DNA of 64,000 nt, taken from contig NC_043007.1 in NCBI RefSeq assembly GCF_006345805.1, positions 50,716,001 to 50,780,000 on the forward strand. The letters run 5' to 3'. Below are positions 36,297 through 49,414 of the stretch, piece after piece. This stretch comes from Octopus sinensis. Taxonomy: Eukaryota. The translations under genes were made by a program, and so were the position numbers. The notes beneath the pieces were generated by a model. The model did not search any database, was not told the origin of the DNA, and saw nothing but the letters and a program-made list of their open reading frames with translations. Numbering within the stretch: position 1 is the first letter of the stretch; every line of letters starts with the position of its first letter.

Positions 36297-37284
36297 AAAT
36301 TAATACAAAATTTATTTTTCATAAAAACTACTACTACTACTACTACTGCCATCATGAATACTAGTGCAGCTACGACAACTATCATTAAATAAATATATCT
36401 ACTTTAAACTGCTGTTCACAAATAGGGCTACACAGCTACTAGCAATCGTAGAGTTACAAGAAATCGCTGTCACCATCCCTTAAATATCATTACTGTCTTA
36501 AAAAGGATTGAATAATGCAATTCTACAGAACCTATGTTTGAAAAGAGAGTAGAACCACAACTTAAATGGCTTTGATCTGTTGGATCAATGAAAGATGAGT
36601 GGATCAATCGGAAGCAACACCACCAATATTGCAACAAGAATGGTCTCACACTAGGCCGTGACCTACTATTTTGAAATAATATCCACACACACACACACAC
36701 ACATATTTACATAAATATATATATATGCTTATAACAACCATAGCAAAAACAAAGCAACTGCAACTGTTGCTCGATACCAAACCACTTAATATATGGAATC
36801 CATACATAAGCCATAATCTGTTAGTTTTCAGCGAACAAAGCTATTTTGTGTCCTCTTGATGTCATAGAAATTTCAGCCCTTCTGGAATGTTCTACTGACA
36901 CATTTGGTAATACAATCATGGCGTTTACTATTTGAATGACATTAACTGACTTTGCTGTTGTTTTCTTTAAATCTTCGACTGCTCAAACCAAGTTCTATTT
37001 ACATAATACATGTGTTTACATATAACCTGTTTACATATAACATGTGTCTACTTTGTCTCAGATTCAGTGTCAGTGAAGTGATACAATTCGTTGATAAATG
37101 CACGAAATATTCACCACCCTATATGTTCTTAGTTCAAATTTCGTTGAGTCGACATCATCTTTCACCTTTCTAGTACTGTCAACTCTGTTTTACAGGGTTA
37201 AAACAACTGACCGTACAATTTCTAAAGTCTGTGGCCTTGTACCAAGATCGGAAATCTGTTAGAATTCATTCATTACATTTATTG

Positions 37285-37520
37285 TTGTTCAGACCCAGGT
37301 CAGTCTCGATCAATAAAACATAAGGTCAAAGGTGTGCCAGGCATGGTCTTCTACAAATTGTATCTAAGATAACACTATCGGAAATATCATTCCATTCTTT
37401 AAGGTAGTTTGTCGTTGTTGTGTTTTTCTTCAAAAGCAGCAGCGTCCCGTCTGTTTGGGGAGACGAAAGTTACAGATTTAAGAATGGCTTATTGCTATTT
37501 CTAGCAGCTGAAATCGTGAT
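37285..37520 (-). mobile_element. Degenerate SINE family G copy
   Basis: TTGTTGTTCAGACCCAGGTCAGTCTCGATC...GGTCAAAGGTGTGCCAGGCATGGTC...TGCTATTTCTAGCAG. Related pieces lie at 1835-1920, 15545-16000, 19795-19930 and 35885-36065. Confidence 0.45.
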
Positions 37521-37639
37521 GATAGGCTCACCCCTCTAATACTACCTCAAAATACATATAGAATTTTAATCCACACAGGGGTCTTCCATCACGGTTCTAA
37601 CCAAGCTCATTGTTGCTTCACACTGATGACAACTTTTTT

Positions 37640-38800
37640 CTTTAATCCTTTCGAAATCGTTAAAAGAAATAAACTAAATCCTTCCCCAAATCTAAGGTCT
37701 TGTACCCATATCAGTAACTACAAAAACATTGCTGTTGCTGCTGTTATTGTCATTAAACATATTTTTCTTATTCTATTACCCATCTTTTTCGCCGTTACTT
37801 TTCTCTTTTCTCTAACTGGCACAACCCAGTTCTTTACCCCTTCCTTTTCTGATTCTTTTCTTCCTTTTATTTTCATTGCCATCCATTCTAAATTTCTCTG
37901 AGTTTCAATATCTTCATTGCATGCCGTTGGAATAGCTTTCTTCTATTTTTCATAGTCATAGTTTTTAATCTTAGAATTACTAGACATAAACTTAATTCTG
38001 TTGGAATTGGTTTCAGAGACAATAACCTTGTTATTAATATTTCTGGTGGGTGGTTAGTATTAGCTAAATTAATGTTAGTATTAGTAATTGGATTCTTATT
38101 TAACAGACTAATATTATGTGAGGAGATAATTTGTGAGAGATTTTTTGTGTTGCAAAAACCAATCCTAACCGTATGCGAGTTGATAATCGAGTAATACCTA
38201 GAATTCTTTGGAAAATTCCTAATAATAGCTTCCCGAAACTGGAAAGGAAGATTAGATTTAATTTGCCTCCCCATAAATTATCTCCACACATATTAGTATG
38301 TTAAATAAGAATCCAATTACTAATACTAACCATTAATTTAGCTAATACTAACCATCACCCCAGAAATATTAATAACAAGGTTATTGTCTCTGAAGTCAAT
38401 TCCAACAGTATTAAGTTTATGTCTAGTAATTCTAAGATTAAAAACTATATATACCAGTGTAAAATTACTGAGGTACCGATGTCTTTTTTATATATAGGTA
38501 GTTCATCTCACTTATCTAAAATATTTCTAATCATTACTCTACATTTAGTGATAGTAATAAACGCAACAGTACAGGGATTAGTAAATTAATTTGGTATCTA
38601 AAAGACCATAATAAACAATTTAATTTAGATTGGTTGATTCTCTCCATTTCATTCCCATATGATAAAGGTAAAGAATTCTGCCAACTCTGTAATAGTGAAA
38701 TATTTTCTATTCTATTTTCTAAGAATCCCCTTGTAAACCCGGTTATAGAGCGTGCTTATCGATGTAAACATTGTCAGAAACATACCTTTAGTTTATATAA
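37640..38800 (-). mobile_element. Decayed Penelope-like element (Neptune-like RT thumb/linker) with an internal inverted duplication
   Basis: ORF 37888..38274 IKSNLPFQFREAIIRNFPKNSRYYSIINSHTVRIGFCNTKNLSQIISSHN resembles the PLE motif NIG..FL.LI.KHFP....L.KIFN.NTVK.SYSC..N...II..HN. Weaker RT remnants lie at 38500-38800. Confidence 0.6.
37958..38448. repeat. Inverted repeat with arms 37958-38135 and 38272-38448 and a 136-bp spacer, about 90% identity
   Basis: ATAGTTTTTAATCTTAGAATTACTAGACATAAACTTAAT... against ...ATTAAGTTTATGTCTAGTAATTCTAAGATTAAAAACTAT. Confidence 0.95.
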
Positions 38801-39577
38801 GTGATATCTACCAATATAATTTGAACATTGATTTTTATTTATATAGCATATATACATACGATATATATTGAGGATACATCTGATGTATATAATATATATA
38901 TATATATATATATTATATATAATATATGATATATATATAATATACATATATATCTTTCCTTTTTCCGCTTCTTTACAATCTTTAATTTTCATAAAATTTT
39001 AAAGGTGTTTGTTTAAATGAACCCATTTCAAGAAAGTATCAAGCAGGCCGCAAGATAAAAGTCTGCTTAATAGCACCACTTAGAATTATTAAATGATGTA
39101 GCGTTCACGGCAGCTTTGAAGAGATTAGACTTTAAGGTTTTTACAGCAATTTTAATAATCAGGACCTATCATACCATTTATTTAATTCTTTGTCATCCAT
39201 TTATATATATGTATATATATATACGTACATGGATACATAAAAATCGTTTATATTCATCTTTTTTCTCCTTTTATTTCAAATTAAAAAAAAAATTCGACGG
39301 CGTGTACATTCTGTGAACTTTACGAAGAATCCATGAATCCACACAAAATATTAAAATAGCACAATTGAAAAATATTTAAATACAAACAACAGGTTGCAAT
39401 GAATTGTAGAAATGAATAGTAGATCATTGGAGAGGAAAAACTCAAACAAAGAGGATGTAAAACTCTTGCTTTTTTATCTCCACAACACTACAGTGTCATC
39501 TAAACCCAGCGGTAGAGCTTAACTTCTATGCTTCACTGTCCACGAAAATTTTACTTTAGTCTTTCTGCGGGTTTAAA

Positions 39578-39639
<62 letters not shown>

Positions 39640-39818
39640 TGTTATATTTCGGAATGGTCATATTGCCAGTTTAGCCAATAAAAACACACGCACTATATAT
39701 TTGGTGTTATTTTGCTTCAGTGACCATTCCGAAATATAACAATATCTGTTTCAACACACGACTTCACATAAAAAATCTTGCACAACAAATATTTAAACGT
39801 ATATATATATATATAATA

Positions 39819-39875
<57 letters not shown>

Positions 39876-39944
39876 TATTTGATATATATATGTATGCGTA
39901 TATATATACATATGTATATGTATGTATGTATGTATTCTTTCATT

Positions 39945-40780
39945 TATTCTTTTGTTTCAACCCTAAGGCTGTGGCAATGCTGATGCACCGCCACTGCAAT
40001 CATCTTTTAATTGGCCGACGTTATGCGAGTTCGACACTGCTGCCCTCTTATGAGGTCCCTGCCTTGATATTGGTTCATCTGGAGTCTTGGATTCTTGAAA
40101 ACATCTATCCCTATTCCATGAAGATCCCTGAGATGTTTTAGCAAGCTGTTAAATAGCTGTGGGGCTTTGAATTCCAAGCTATTGTAGTACTTGGTCCTCA
40201 CATTAAATGGGACAGCTGGGACTTTTGGAAGAGCTGATGTCCAATTCGAAGTCTGGAATAATTCTCAGTTCCAAAGTTTGGTGCTAGTCCCTCCAGTATT
40301 TTCCACACATACACAACTGCGTACCTCTCCCGTCTTCACTCCAGGGAGGAGAGTCAAAGCTCTTTCAGTCCCTCCCAGTAGCTCAGCTGTTCCATTGATG
40401 AAATCATCTTTGTGTAACATCGCTGAACCGCCCCAAGTTCCGCTATTAATCCGACACTGTAGGGTAACCACAATTGAGACCAGTAGTCCAGACGGCTGAG
40501 GACAAATGTCCTCCACAGGACCAACATAGTTTCCTGGTCCCTTGCTCTGAAGGTTCTCAGAATCCATCTGGCCATTCGCCTACACACTGCCAAAATCTTG
40601 TTGATATGCATGTGAAACAAGGCATCGTTGCTCATAACAGTGTATATATATATGTATGCGTATATATATACATATGTATATGTATGTATGTATACATATA
40701 TATAAAAATGCATATATGTCCCGATAGATAAAGAGAGAGAATAATGTAGATTGTTATTATCACAAACTTGTGACATTTTC
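39945..40780 (-). mobile_element. CR1-like LINE (family CR1-B) 3' fragment, interrupted by a (TA/TG)n tract
   Basis: ORFs 40354..40776 (ARWILRTFRARDQETMLVLWRTFVLSRLDYWSQLWLPYS...ELGAVQRCYTKMI...LSYWEGLKEL) and 40007..40201 (YYNSLEFKAPQLFNSLLKHLRDLHG). Confidence 0.88.
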
Positions 40781-40783
40781 TAA

Positions 40784-40831
<48 letters not shown>

Positions 40832-40920
40832 TTTTTCACACACACAAACACACTCTCTCTCTCACACACACACACACGCACACACACGCAAATATTTCGT
40901 ATATATTTTAGGTATTTTAT

Positions 40921-41050
40921 GGCTGGCGTGTATGGTTGCATGTTGAGAAAAGTTTGCTTCCGAACCGGTTCTAGGTTCAGTCCCAGTGCACGGAACATTG
41001 GGCAAGTACTTATAGACCCGGGCTGCGACGACTCAAACTGAATGAAGCCT
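40921..41050 (+). mobile_element. Degenerate SINE family B head
   Basis: GGTTCTAGGTTCAGTCCCAGTGCACGGAACATTGGGCAAGT...AAACTGAATGAAGCCTG resembles 820-940. Confidence 0.6.
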
Positions 41051-41408
41051 GACATGTGAATATATATATGCATATATATACATATATGTATGTGTGGGTG
41101 GGTGTATGTCGGTGCGTGTCCCCGTACACGTGCGAGTGAGTTTGATCGTGTGCTTCTGTGTATTTGTGTCGCTTAGTCATAACATCGTGTAAAAGTTGTA
41201 AAGGTTGTCATTGTCACAGAAGCTGTACAATTCCTTTCCAATATTCTGCGATAACATATTAGACTATGAGTAAATATTACCTTGTTTGAAAACAGGTGGG
41301 AGTTGTCGACAGAAAATGCTCCGGCCGGAGAAAAAATCTGCCTCAATAAAGAACTCCGTCAGACACATGCAAATAAGGATGTTAAATGACGAAGAGGATA
41401 TAATAGTG

Positions 41409-41446
<38 letters not shown>

Positions 41447-41667
41447 AATTTCATCGTGGAAAAACTATTTTTAGATATCCAAGTGCGCACACACAATACA
41501 GTCTATTTCACGTTGTGTCAAAACTTTCGCCGCACTTCTGCGTCCAGATTAAAGACACAGTTCGACTACAAGATATATGTACAGACACACGCGCACACAC
41601 AAAGAAACTCACAAAGATTTATATCTCCATGTCAAAATCATAGATACATACATGCAGACAACGAGAC

Positions 41668-41707
<40 letters not shown>

Positions 41708-42039
41708 CACACATACAGAAACACGCACACACCAAGACATGCAAGCATGCAAGAGATACAAAATTATTTATATATACATGCAGATATATCGATATAACAT
41801 GAACTCTGCTTTTCACAAATGTGCTTTATTTTCGTCATAAAAACATGGTAGTGTTTTTATTGTTGTAAATGTTGATGTTGTTGCTGTGTTAACCATTTGC
41901 GTCCATTAAATTTTTCGTATTATTTGCAGTTTAATTATTTTAAAGTCTTTTTCTTTTCATTTATTGATTTTAATTATATGAAATTATCAACAATGAATTT
42001 GTGGCATGTCTGTTGAAGCTGTTAGTATTATTATTATTA

Positions 42040-42070
<31 letters not shown>

Positions 42071-42310
42071 AATTATTATTATTATTATTATCGTTAATAT
42101 TATTAATTTTATTTACTATTATGTATCATTATTATTATCGTCTATATTAGGCATGTATGCATGAGTGTGTATATGTGTGTATGTATATTGTATATGTGTG
42201 TGTGTGTGTGCGCGCGTAGAAAGGTATATAGATACATATACATACATCCATGTATGTATACACACACACCATGGTATCGAATACATTTCTTCACTTCAAC
42301 ACCAACGTAT

Positions 42311-42352
<42 letters not shown>

Positions 42353-42403
42353 TGTATGTATGTATGTATATAAATATATATATATATATACATGCACATA
42401 TAT

Positions 42404-42437
<34 letters not shown>

Positions 42438-42621
42438 GCTCATATATAAAAATATAAAAACAAGAAACATTAACTGATTAAAGACCAATGCATGAAGGAG
42501 AGTTAAGTATTTGTACTTTAAAAGGTGACTTTAACCTCGATACTTCACTAAATTTGAGTTTTCAAGCTGTCTGAAATTTAGAAATGTCAAATATAACGAA
42601 ACATCGAAGTTACTATCACAT

Positions 42622-42715
<94 letters not shown>

Positions 42716-42785
42716 ACATATATATACATGTTATGATTATAATATTCTCCGACCAGTAGCCTGATCGGTCGTTACCCCACGAGGT

Positions 42786-43302
42786 TTATAGAGATTGGTA
42801 GTCAGACAACATGGAACTCAGATTCTGCTGCACATCTGACCTCGAGCCGTTATTGACGGCACCAAGAACCGATGCACTCGTGGGATTGTTGCTGCTATTA
42901 CTATTATTACTATTATGATGATGATTGTTATTATTATTATGATTATTATTATTGTGGTGGTGGTGGTGGTGCTGGTGGTGCTGGTGGTTGTGTTGCTGTT
43001 GTTGATGATGCTGCTGATGGTTGTTACTGTTGTTGTTGGTGGTGGTGTTATTGTTATTGTTATTATTGTTATTATTATTGTTATTATTATTATTATTATT
43101 CGAAATCATATTCTGTATAATTGGCATTGTCGGTGTTGAATTCAAGCCCGCAGCTTTTTGAAGGTCGGTATAGACAACATGTTGAGAATTCTCAACTTTT
43201 AACTGTCCCTTCAAACTTCGGGGACTGTCCAAATCTTTGAAGTCACTCTGCGGGGAATGGTCACCCATCGATTGTGATGTCTGTCCAGTTCCGTTTGGTT
43301 CA
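42786..43302 (-). CDS. Terminal coding exon of a probable transcription factor; candidate last exon of a Six1/2 (sine oculis-like) gene. 171 aa plus one split codon: EPNGTGQTSQSMGDHSPQSDFKDLDSPRSLKGQLKVENSQHVVYTDLQ...(N/Q/H-rich)...SRSDVQQNLSSMLSDYQSL*
   Basis: The ORF 42786..43268 extends 11 codons upstream to an acceptor: minus-strand polypyrimidine tract ATCTTGCTCTGTTTTTCTCTATTTTTTGTGGGCCATACAG|T GAA CCA, with AG at 43304-43303 and the exon starting at 43302 in phase 2. Stop is TAA at 42788-42786. Complex, non-repetitive protein sequence flanks the mixed-codon N/Q/H tract. From memory, SIX1/2 genes have a phase-2 intron just after the homeodomain and Drosophila So ends in EYQHL, which is similar. 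The confidence value is for the coding-exon call; the Six1/2 identity is only about 0.4. Confidence 0.8.
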
Positions 43303-43941
43303 CTGTATGGCCCACAAAAAATAGAGAAAAACAGAGCAAGATATCATATCGTGTGAAACGACGGACATTTAACGGTTAAAAAGGAGAGGAAAGAAATAGG
43401 AAGAGAAACAAAAAATGTCTTATATACATTATATTTATATACTTTATGTATGTGAATGTGTGTGTGTTTACGCGTGTATATACATGTTTATAAAGCGTAT
43501 ATATACACACATAGATACACAGACAAGTACTATACATGCCCTACAAATTTAGCAGTTTTCAGATATGAAACATGTCCAAATGCTACCTTAATTAAGTTTT
43601 TGTAGAAATATGTATGTGCGTGTGTAAGCACGTAGACACACACTTGCATATTTAAACTGTACTGCTCGGGTGCGATTATTTGGCATATATCTCAATATGT
43701 TATATAGAGTGGATAGATATATGCTAATTATATGAACTTCACTCTCAGCTAATCTCTGGAACTACAAGATATACAAGCATAGTCTTTTTCACATCATACC
43801 TACTGCTATAAAGGACAGAATAAATACAATAATATAGATCCACATATATACACTTTGCCTAAAATATAAAATAGGGCGTTCATAGTTGGAAGACCATTAC
43901 TCATAGTTTATTTCAATAAGAGCTGACCTGAGGCCCGACAA

Positions 43942-44298
43942 CAGTGGTTCTCAACATTATTTTATCTATGGACCCCTTTGATCATTATTTTATTCTGCTT
44001 GATCCCCATAGCCATTTCATGTTTAAAAACCAGTTTTATTGATACTTCTTTCTCGCTTTTCACCCCATTCACTTGTGTTGGCTTGCAATAGCACCCACTG
44101 AAAGAACATGTTTCAGTGGTTGGAAACATGTTAAACTATGTAAAACATTAGAGAAAGAAACATAGCTGTTTCTTGCAATAAATACATATAAAGCAAAATT
44201 GTTTTCATAAGCACTTAAAATTCTGTTGTGGATTCCCAATTCAATATTTTGCTTTATGGATCCCTAGGATCCATAAAGAAACCTGTTCATAACCACTA
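43942..44298. mobile_element. hAT (Charlie-like) MITE
   Basis: TIRs CAGTGGTTCTCAAC and GTTCATAACCACTA. The 8-bp flanks CCCGACAA and CCCTACAG match at 6 of 8 positions, consistent with a decayed hAT TSD. Confidence 0.7.
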
Positions 44299-44752
44299 CC
44301 CTACAGCAACAATATCAACGACAACAGTGCTATACCCACTGTGTTTCTGTCTATGAAGTATAGCCAAGAATAGTTATGATGGCTGTTTCGAGACACACAT
44401 GCCGATTCCCTTATTTAGGATTTGAATCTTCATAGTACATATATAAGATGTCAAAAACTTTGTCACAACCATATTAACACTGATTTTATGGAATCGGGTC
44501 AGCTGGACACTATGGTGTACATTTGCAGAAGTTTCCAAATACAGATACCAGCCCATAAATTTACAGACAGGGAAAGCACTTGATTAGCTTGACTCATTGC
44601 ATATATATATATATTGCCTAGAGAGTCATGGATTAGCGCCTGCACTAGCGGAAACTTAAACTGAACTTTTATATAATCTTTTTCCTTTTTCGCTTTTTCA
44701 TACATCTCTCAATCGTTTCCGTAATCTATACCCTCTCACTTTCTCACCATCT

Positions 44753-44807
44753 GTCTCTGATAATGGGATATTCCACATGTTTTGGGGTTTCCGAAACAGC
44801 TGTAAGA
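44753..44807 (+). ncRNA. Hammerhead motif of the same family, with a G8-to-A core mutation (probably inactive)
   Basis: GTCT-CTGATAA-TGGGATATTCCACATGTTTGGGGTTTCC-GAAAC-AGCT-GTA-AGAC, with a perfect 4-bp helix I (GTCT/AGAC). The downstream flank ATGACTTGAGATGTCTTGCCTTGGTGTTTGTCTTCCTTTT is homologous to the 3' flank of the 32660-32737 copy. Confidence 0.65.
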
Positions 44808-45059
44808 CTTTAAAAATTGCTTAATGATTTTTAATAATAATAACATATGACTTGAGATGTCTTGCCTTGGTGTTTGTCTTCCTTTTTAACAAATTCATAT
44901 ATATATATATATATATATATTATTATATATATATATATAAATATAATATATATACTCATACATATGAAACGTTAAGTGCAGACATTACACACAAATTTAT
45001 ATATATACATAAATATATATATATTATATATTATATATATAATATATATATATATCCTT

Positions 45060-45101
<42 letters not shown>

Positions 45102-45999
45102 ATGTATGTAGATATGTATGTATACATTCATACACACATACATACATACGAACATACATATATAGAGGCATACATACATTCTTAGTAAGTAGCATTTAAA
45201 CATTGGAATTCCAGATGTTATGGCCACAATGTTACTACTATTAAATAAAGAACAATGTTCCGATACTGCTTAATACATCAAACACTAGTTTATTAAGTTT
45301 TGTTAATTTTTTTATTTACTAATTAAAATCAATTGAAAATTAACTACAATTCTCATTTAAGTAACTAAAATTAGCATAAATAAGTATTATAAACTTAATA
45401 TATATTTGGTTATCATAATTCATTGTTCATAAGTTAATCAGTTTTCAAACTATTAATACTATCTTTTATTTGTTTCAGTCATTTGATTGCGGCCATACTG
45501 GAGCACCGGAGAAGAAACAGCATTTTTACTGTTGAGATGTTTAAACTACATTTCAATCGATTTGATGTCCACTCGTTAGATGACTTATTCCTCATATCTG
45601 ACTGGAGTCGAAATATGAAAGCGAATTTAAAAACTAATAGTAATAATGTACTTACCTACACATACGTACGTAAGTAACCGAGTAGTCAAGAATATTACTA
45701 GCCTTAGTTTAGGACTAAAGGTCCCTAGTTCGAAACACAGTCTAGGATTACATAAGATGAGGAGTTTGAAACTTGAGTACAATCGTAAATCAAGCCAATC
45801 GAACGATTATTATGTTTCATTTGCTTTGGGCAACGGACTGTGGACATACTAGGTCACTTGCTTCAAGAATTTTACTTGAAGCTAGTACTCATTTCAATCT
45901 GATGCATATTTCTCCGGTTTCTGTTTGTCGAACCACTAAATTATGAGATATTAGATCGAGCAAAACATTAACACAGATATGAACGCACGCACACGCGCG

Positions 46000-46150
46000 T
46001 GACAGGCTTCTGCGCAGTTACCGTCTAATAATTCCACTCACAATGAATTACTCAATGTAAAGTTTTAGTGGAAGACGCATGCCCAAGGTGGTGCGCAATG
46101 GGATCGATCCTAGAACGGGCTGGTTTGCTAAGCAAACTTCTTAATCAAAC
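46000..46150 (-). mobile_element. Degenerate SINE family B head
   Basis: GACAGGCTTCTGCGCAGTTACCGTCTA...CCACTCACAA...GAAGACGCATGCCCAAGGTG is the reverse complement of the 840-940 motif. Confidence 0.55.
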
Positions 46151-47007
46151 ACACATCACTATATTTGCACCTGAATATAGATGTAGCTGAAAACAATATC
46201 TTATCTCTAAAAATAAAACGAATAGTAGGAACAGTTATTGAATTGTAAATAAAAAGAGAAGGTAATAAAAACGTTTAGTAAATATTTATGTGTTACTACA
46301 GTTGAAATGTGTATTAGTAGACAATAGTGCTACAGTCCTTAGTTAGGGATTCATTATGACAACTGCTCTGCTATTTTACTAGTCAGTGTGTATATTGTTG
46401 TTTGATTACGTATACACATGCACGCACGCACACACATATGTACACAAGCGTAACATCAAACACTCATACTCCCACGCACGCACACACAAAAACACAGTCA
46501 TACAAATATTAAAAAAAATCACCCACTTCATGAACGAAGGAATAAGGTTCAACATAGCGAGAATAACAACGAAATCTCCTTCAAATCACCCTCCGTATTG
46601 CAAATGAGGAAAATCGCTAAACATTATACCCCATCCTCACAATGTACGATGGTCATGAGTGCAATGACTTTGATAAAAGATATTGCAATCTCAAGGCTGA
46701 TAGGGAGCAAAACAACAACATCGAAGACACGCCTTACACATACGCATACAAAAATATTTACGTAAAGATACACAATCATCTGGAGCATCATGAAGCTGAA
46801 ATTATTATTTTCTGGTGAGAGTTATATATTGATTTTACATCGATAATAATAATATTATTGCCATATGAAAGTTAGTAATGAAAACTGTAATGGGTAACAT
46901 AACTATCGATAATACATGTTAAATAGTCCGTTACGACGCCATATTTCATATAAGAGATACAGCCAACATACTACACGTATGCATAGACACATACGCATAC
47001 ATACATG

Positions 47008-47060
<53 letters not shown>

Positions 47061-47237
47061 GGGTGGGTGTTTAAGTTAATAATAATTATATATATATATA
47101 TATAATATATATTATCTTATACACGCATGAATACACACCAGAAATAGCAACCAATTCGCCATCATACAATTGGGGACACATATTAATAGATGTGTGCACG
47201 CGCGCGTATGTACGTGTGCGTATTCGTGTGTATGTAT

Positions 47238-47623
47238 GTGGAGGCACAACGGTCCAGTGGTTATGGCAGCGGACACGCGGTCATAGGATCGCGGTTTCGA
47301 TTCCCAGACCGGATGTTGTGAGTGTTTATTGAGCGAAACAAACTTAAAGCTCCACGAGGCTCCGGCAGGGGGGGGGGGGCAACCGTACTCTATTTTTTTC
47401 ACCACAGCTTTCTCTCACACCCTCTTCCTATTTCTGTTCTTCCGGTATTTCAAAGGACCAGCTTTGTCACACTCTGTGTCACGCTGAATTTCCCCGAGAA
47501 CTACGTTAAAGGTACACGTGTCTGTGGAGTGCCCAGTCAATTGCACGTTAATTTCACGAGCAGGCTGTTCTGTTAATTGGATCAACTGGAACCCTCGTCG
47601 TCATAACCGACAGAGTGCGTTGG
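47238..47623 (+). mobile_element. tRNA-derived SINE with the same head as 24941-25250 but a different 3' tail
   Basis: Shared GTGGAGG.ACA..G.C.AGTGGTTA...GATCGCGG.TTCGA.TC.CAGACC...TGAGCGAAACA...AAGCTCCACG.G.CTCCGGCAG. The 3' half is unrelated and ends GGAACCCTCGTCGTCATAACCGACAGAGTGC. Confidence 0.8.
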
Positions 47624-47686
<63 letters not shown>

Positions 47687-47713
47687 ATACATATATATTT
47701 GTATGTATGTATG

Positions 47714-47753
<40 letters not shown>

Positions 47754-47767
47754 CATACATATATACG

Positions 47768-47800
<33 letters not shown>

Positions 47801-47831
47801 ATAGATACATACATACATATATATATATACT

Positions 47832-47879
<48 letters not shown>

Positions 47880-48178
47880 TGTATGTATGTATGTATACAG
47901 GCACACGCTGCTAGACACATGCATAACACATACATATATACAGAAAATACAACTGTACACTCCATACATATGCATGTGGCGTGTGTTTTGACATTCAACA
48001 GAGATTTTTCGAACATTCCCCGACTTGGAATGCAAGGAGAATAACTACAATAACTACTACACCACTATCAATTACAACGATAACAGAAATAATTAAGAAT
48101 CAGAGCATGTTAGCACAGAGACATTTATGCATATGTATTAATGTATGGTGTCTATCTATCTAACTATCTATCTATTTA

Positions 48179-48276
<98 letters not shown>

Positions 48277-48487
48277 GTACTTGTGTGTGTGTTTTCGAGA
48301 GAGAGAGAGAGAGAGAGAGAAGAGAAATCTACATACATGAAAGAACCCTGGGAACCTAACAGGAAGGAAAACAGTCCTGTTGTTGTAAACCACATGTCCA
48401 ATGTATGACAATAATGCTTAAAATCGGAATTGAGTTTTACAGGCAGAAGTCTGTGTGTGATTGATTGATTGGTTAGTTGACTGATTA

Positions 48488-48580
<93 letters not shown>

Positions 48581-48599
48581 GTATGCGTGTGCGCGTGTT

Positions 48600-49348
48600 G
48601 AATGCAGTAGGGACTACGAAGTGCAGGAATGTGTTTTAGTGTGGGATTGTTGAAAAGTCGGTTTCTAAATCCTGAGACGCAGATGGCAAGACGCCGGTAG
48701 TTGTGACCTGGAGCAATGAACCAGGTTCTGTAGGGCTGTTGTTGGTTAAAAGATTGAGGGGTAAACATTACTGCTTTACAAACCTTGGAGTGGAAGAATA
48801 GGTGGGTGATGTGGGATAGTAAGGTTTGCGATTGTGATAGGTGAGTTAGAAAAGAGTATAAATTGACTCCGGGCGAAGGCAGTGGTATGGCACGATTTGT
48901 TGGATGTGAGTGATGAGATCAGAAGGTAATATCGGGTAGAATAGGTACTTGGGTAAGTTGCCAAAATACTTCAGCCTGTAGAGATTTCTGCCTTAAAACT
49001 ACGCGTGTCGGCTGGTTTGACGACGATAATATGACGGTGTTGAAGATGACTGAATGCAGAGAGTTCAACCCAGGATCAACATACTTAATGGCTTGAACTT
49101 GTAACGGATGTGTACCAGTTGGATGGACATCGTTCCGAATGAATGAAGCAATAGAAGTGACTGAATTCAGGTGTTTTGTGGTGGATAAAGACAAGCAATT
49201 TAATTAATGCCGTACAGAAATCTCTCGATACCGATCCGGTTCTGGAATTCGCCAACAGAGGAAATGAGGAGTTTAAAGACTCCTTCCAAAGATGGAACGC
49301 TCAGCAATAACGGCTTGTTGGGAAATTGAGTAACAGTGACATGGAAAT

Positions 49349-49414
<66 letters not shown>

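Noticed and set aside
41850-42115. Polyadenylation signal for the minus-strand gene
   Set aside because: Several AATAAA hexamers occur in this AT-rich stretch (for example at about 42108 and 41960), and none can be singled out without transcript data.
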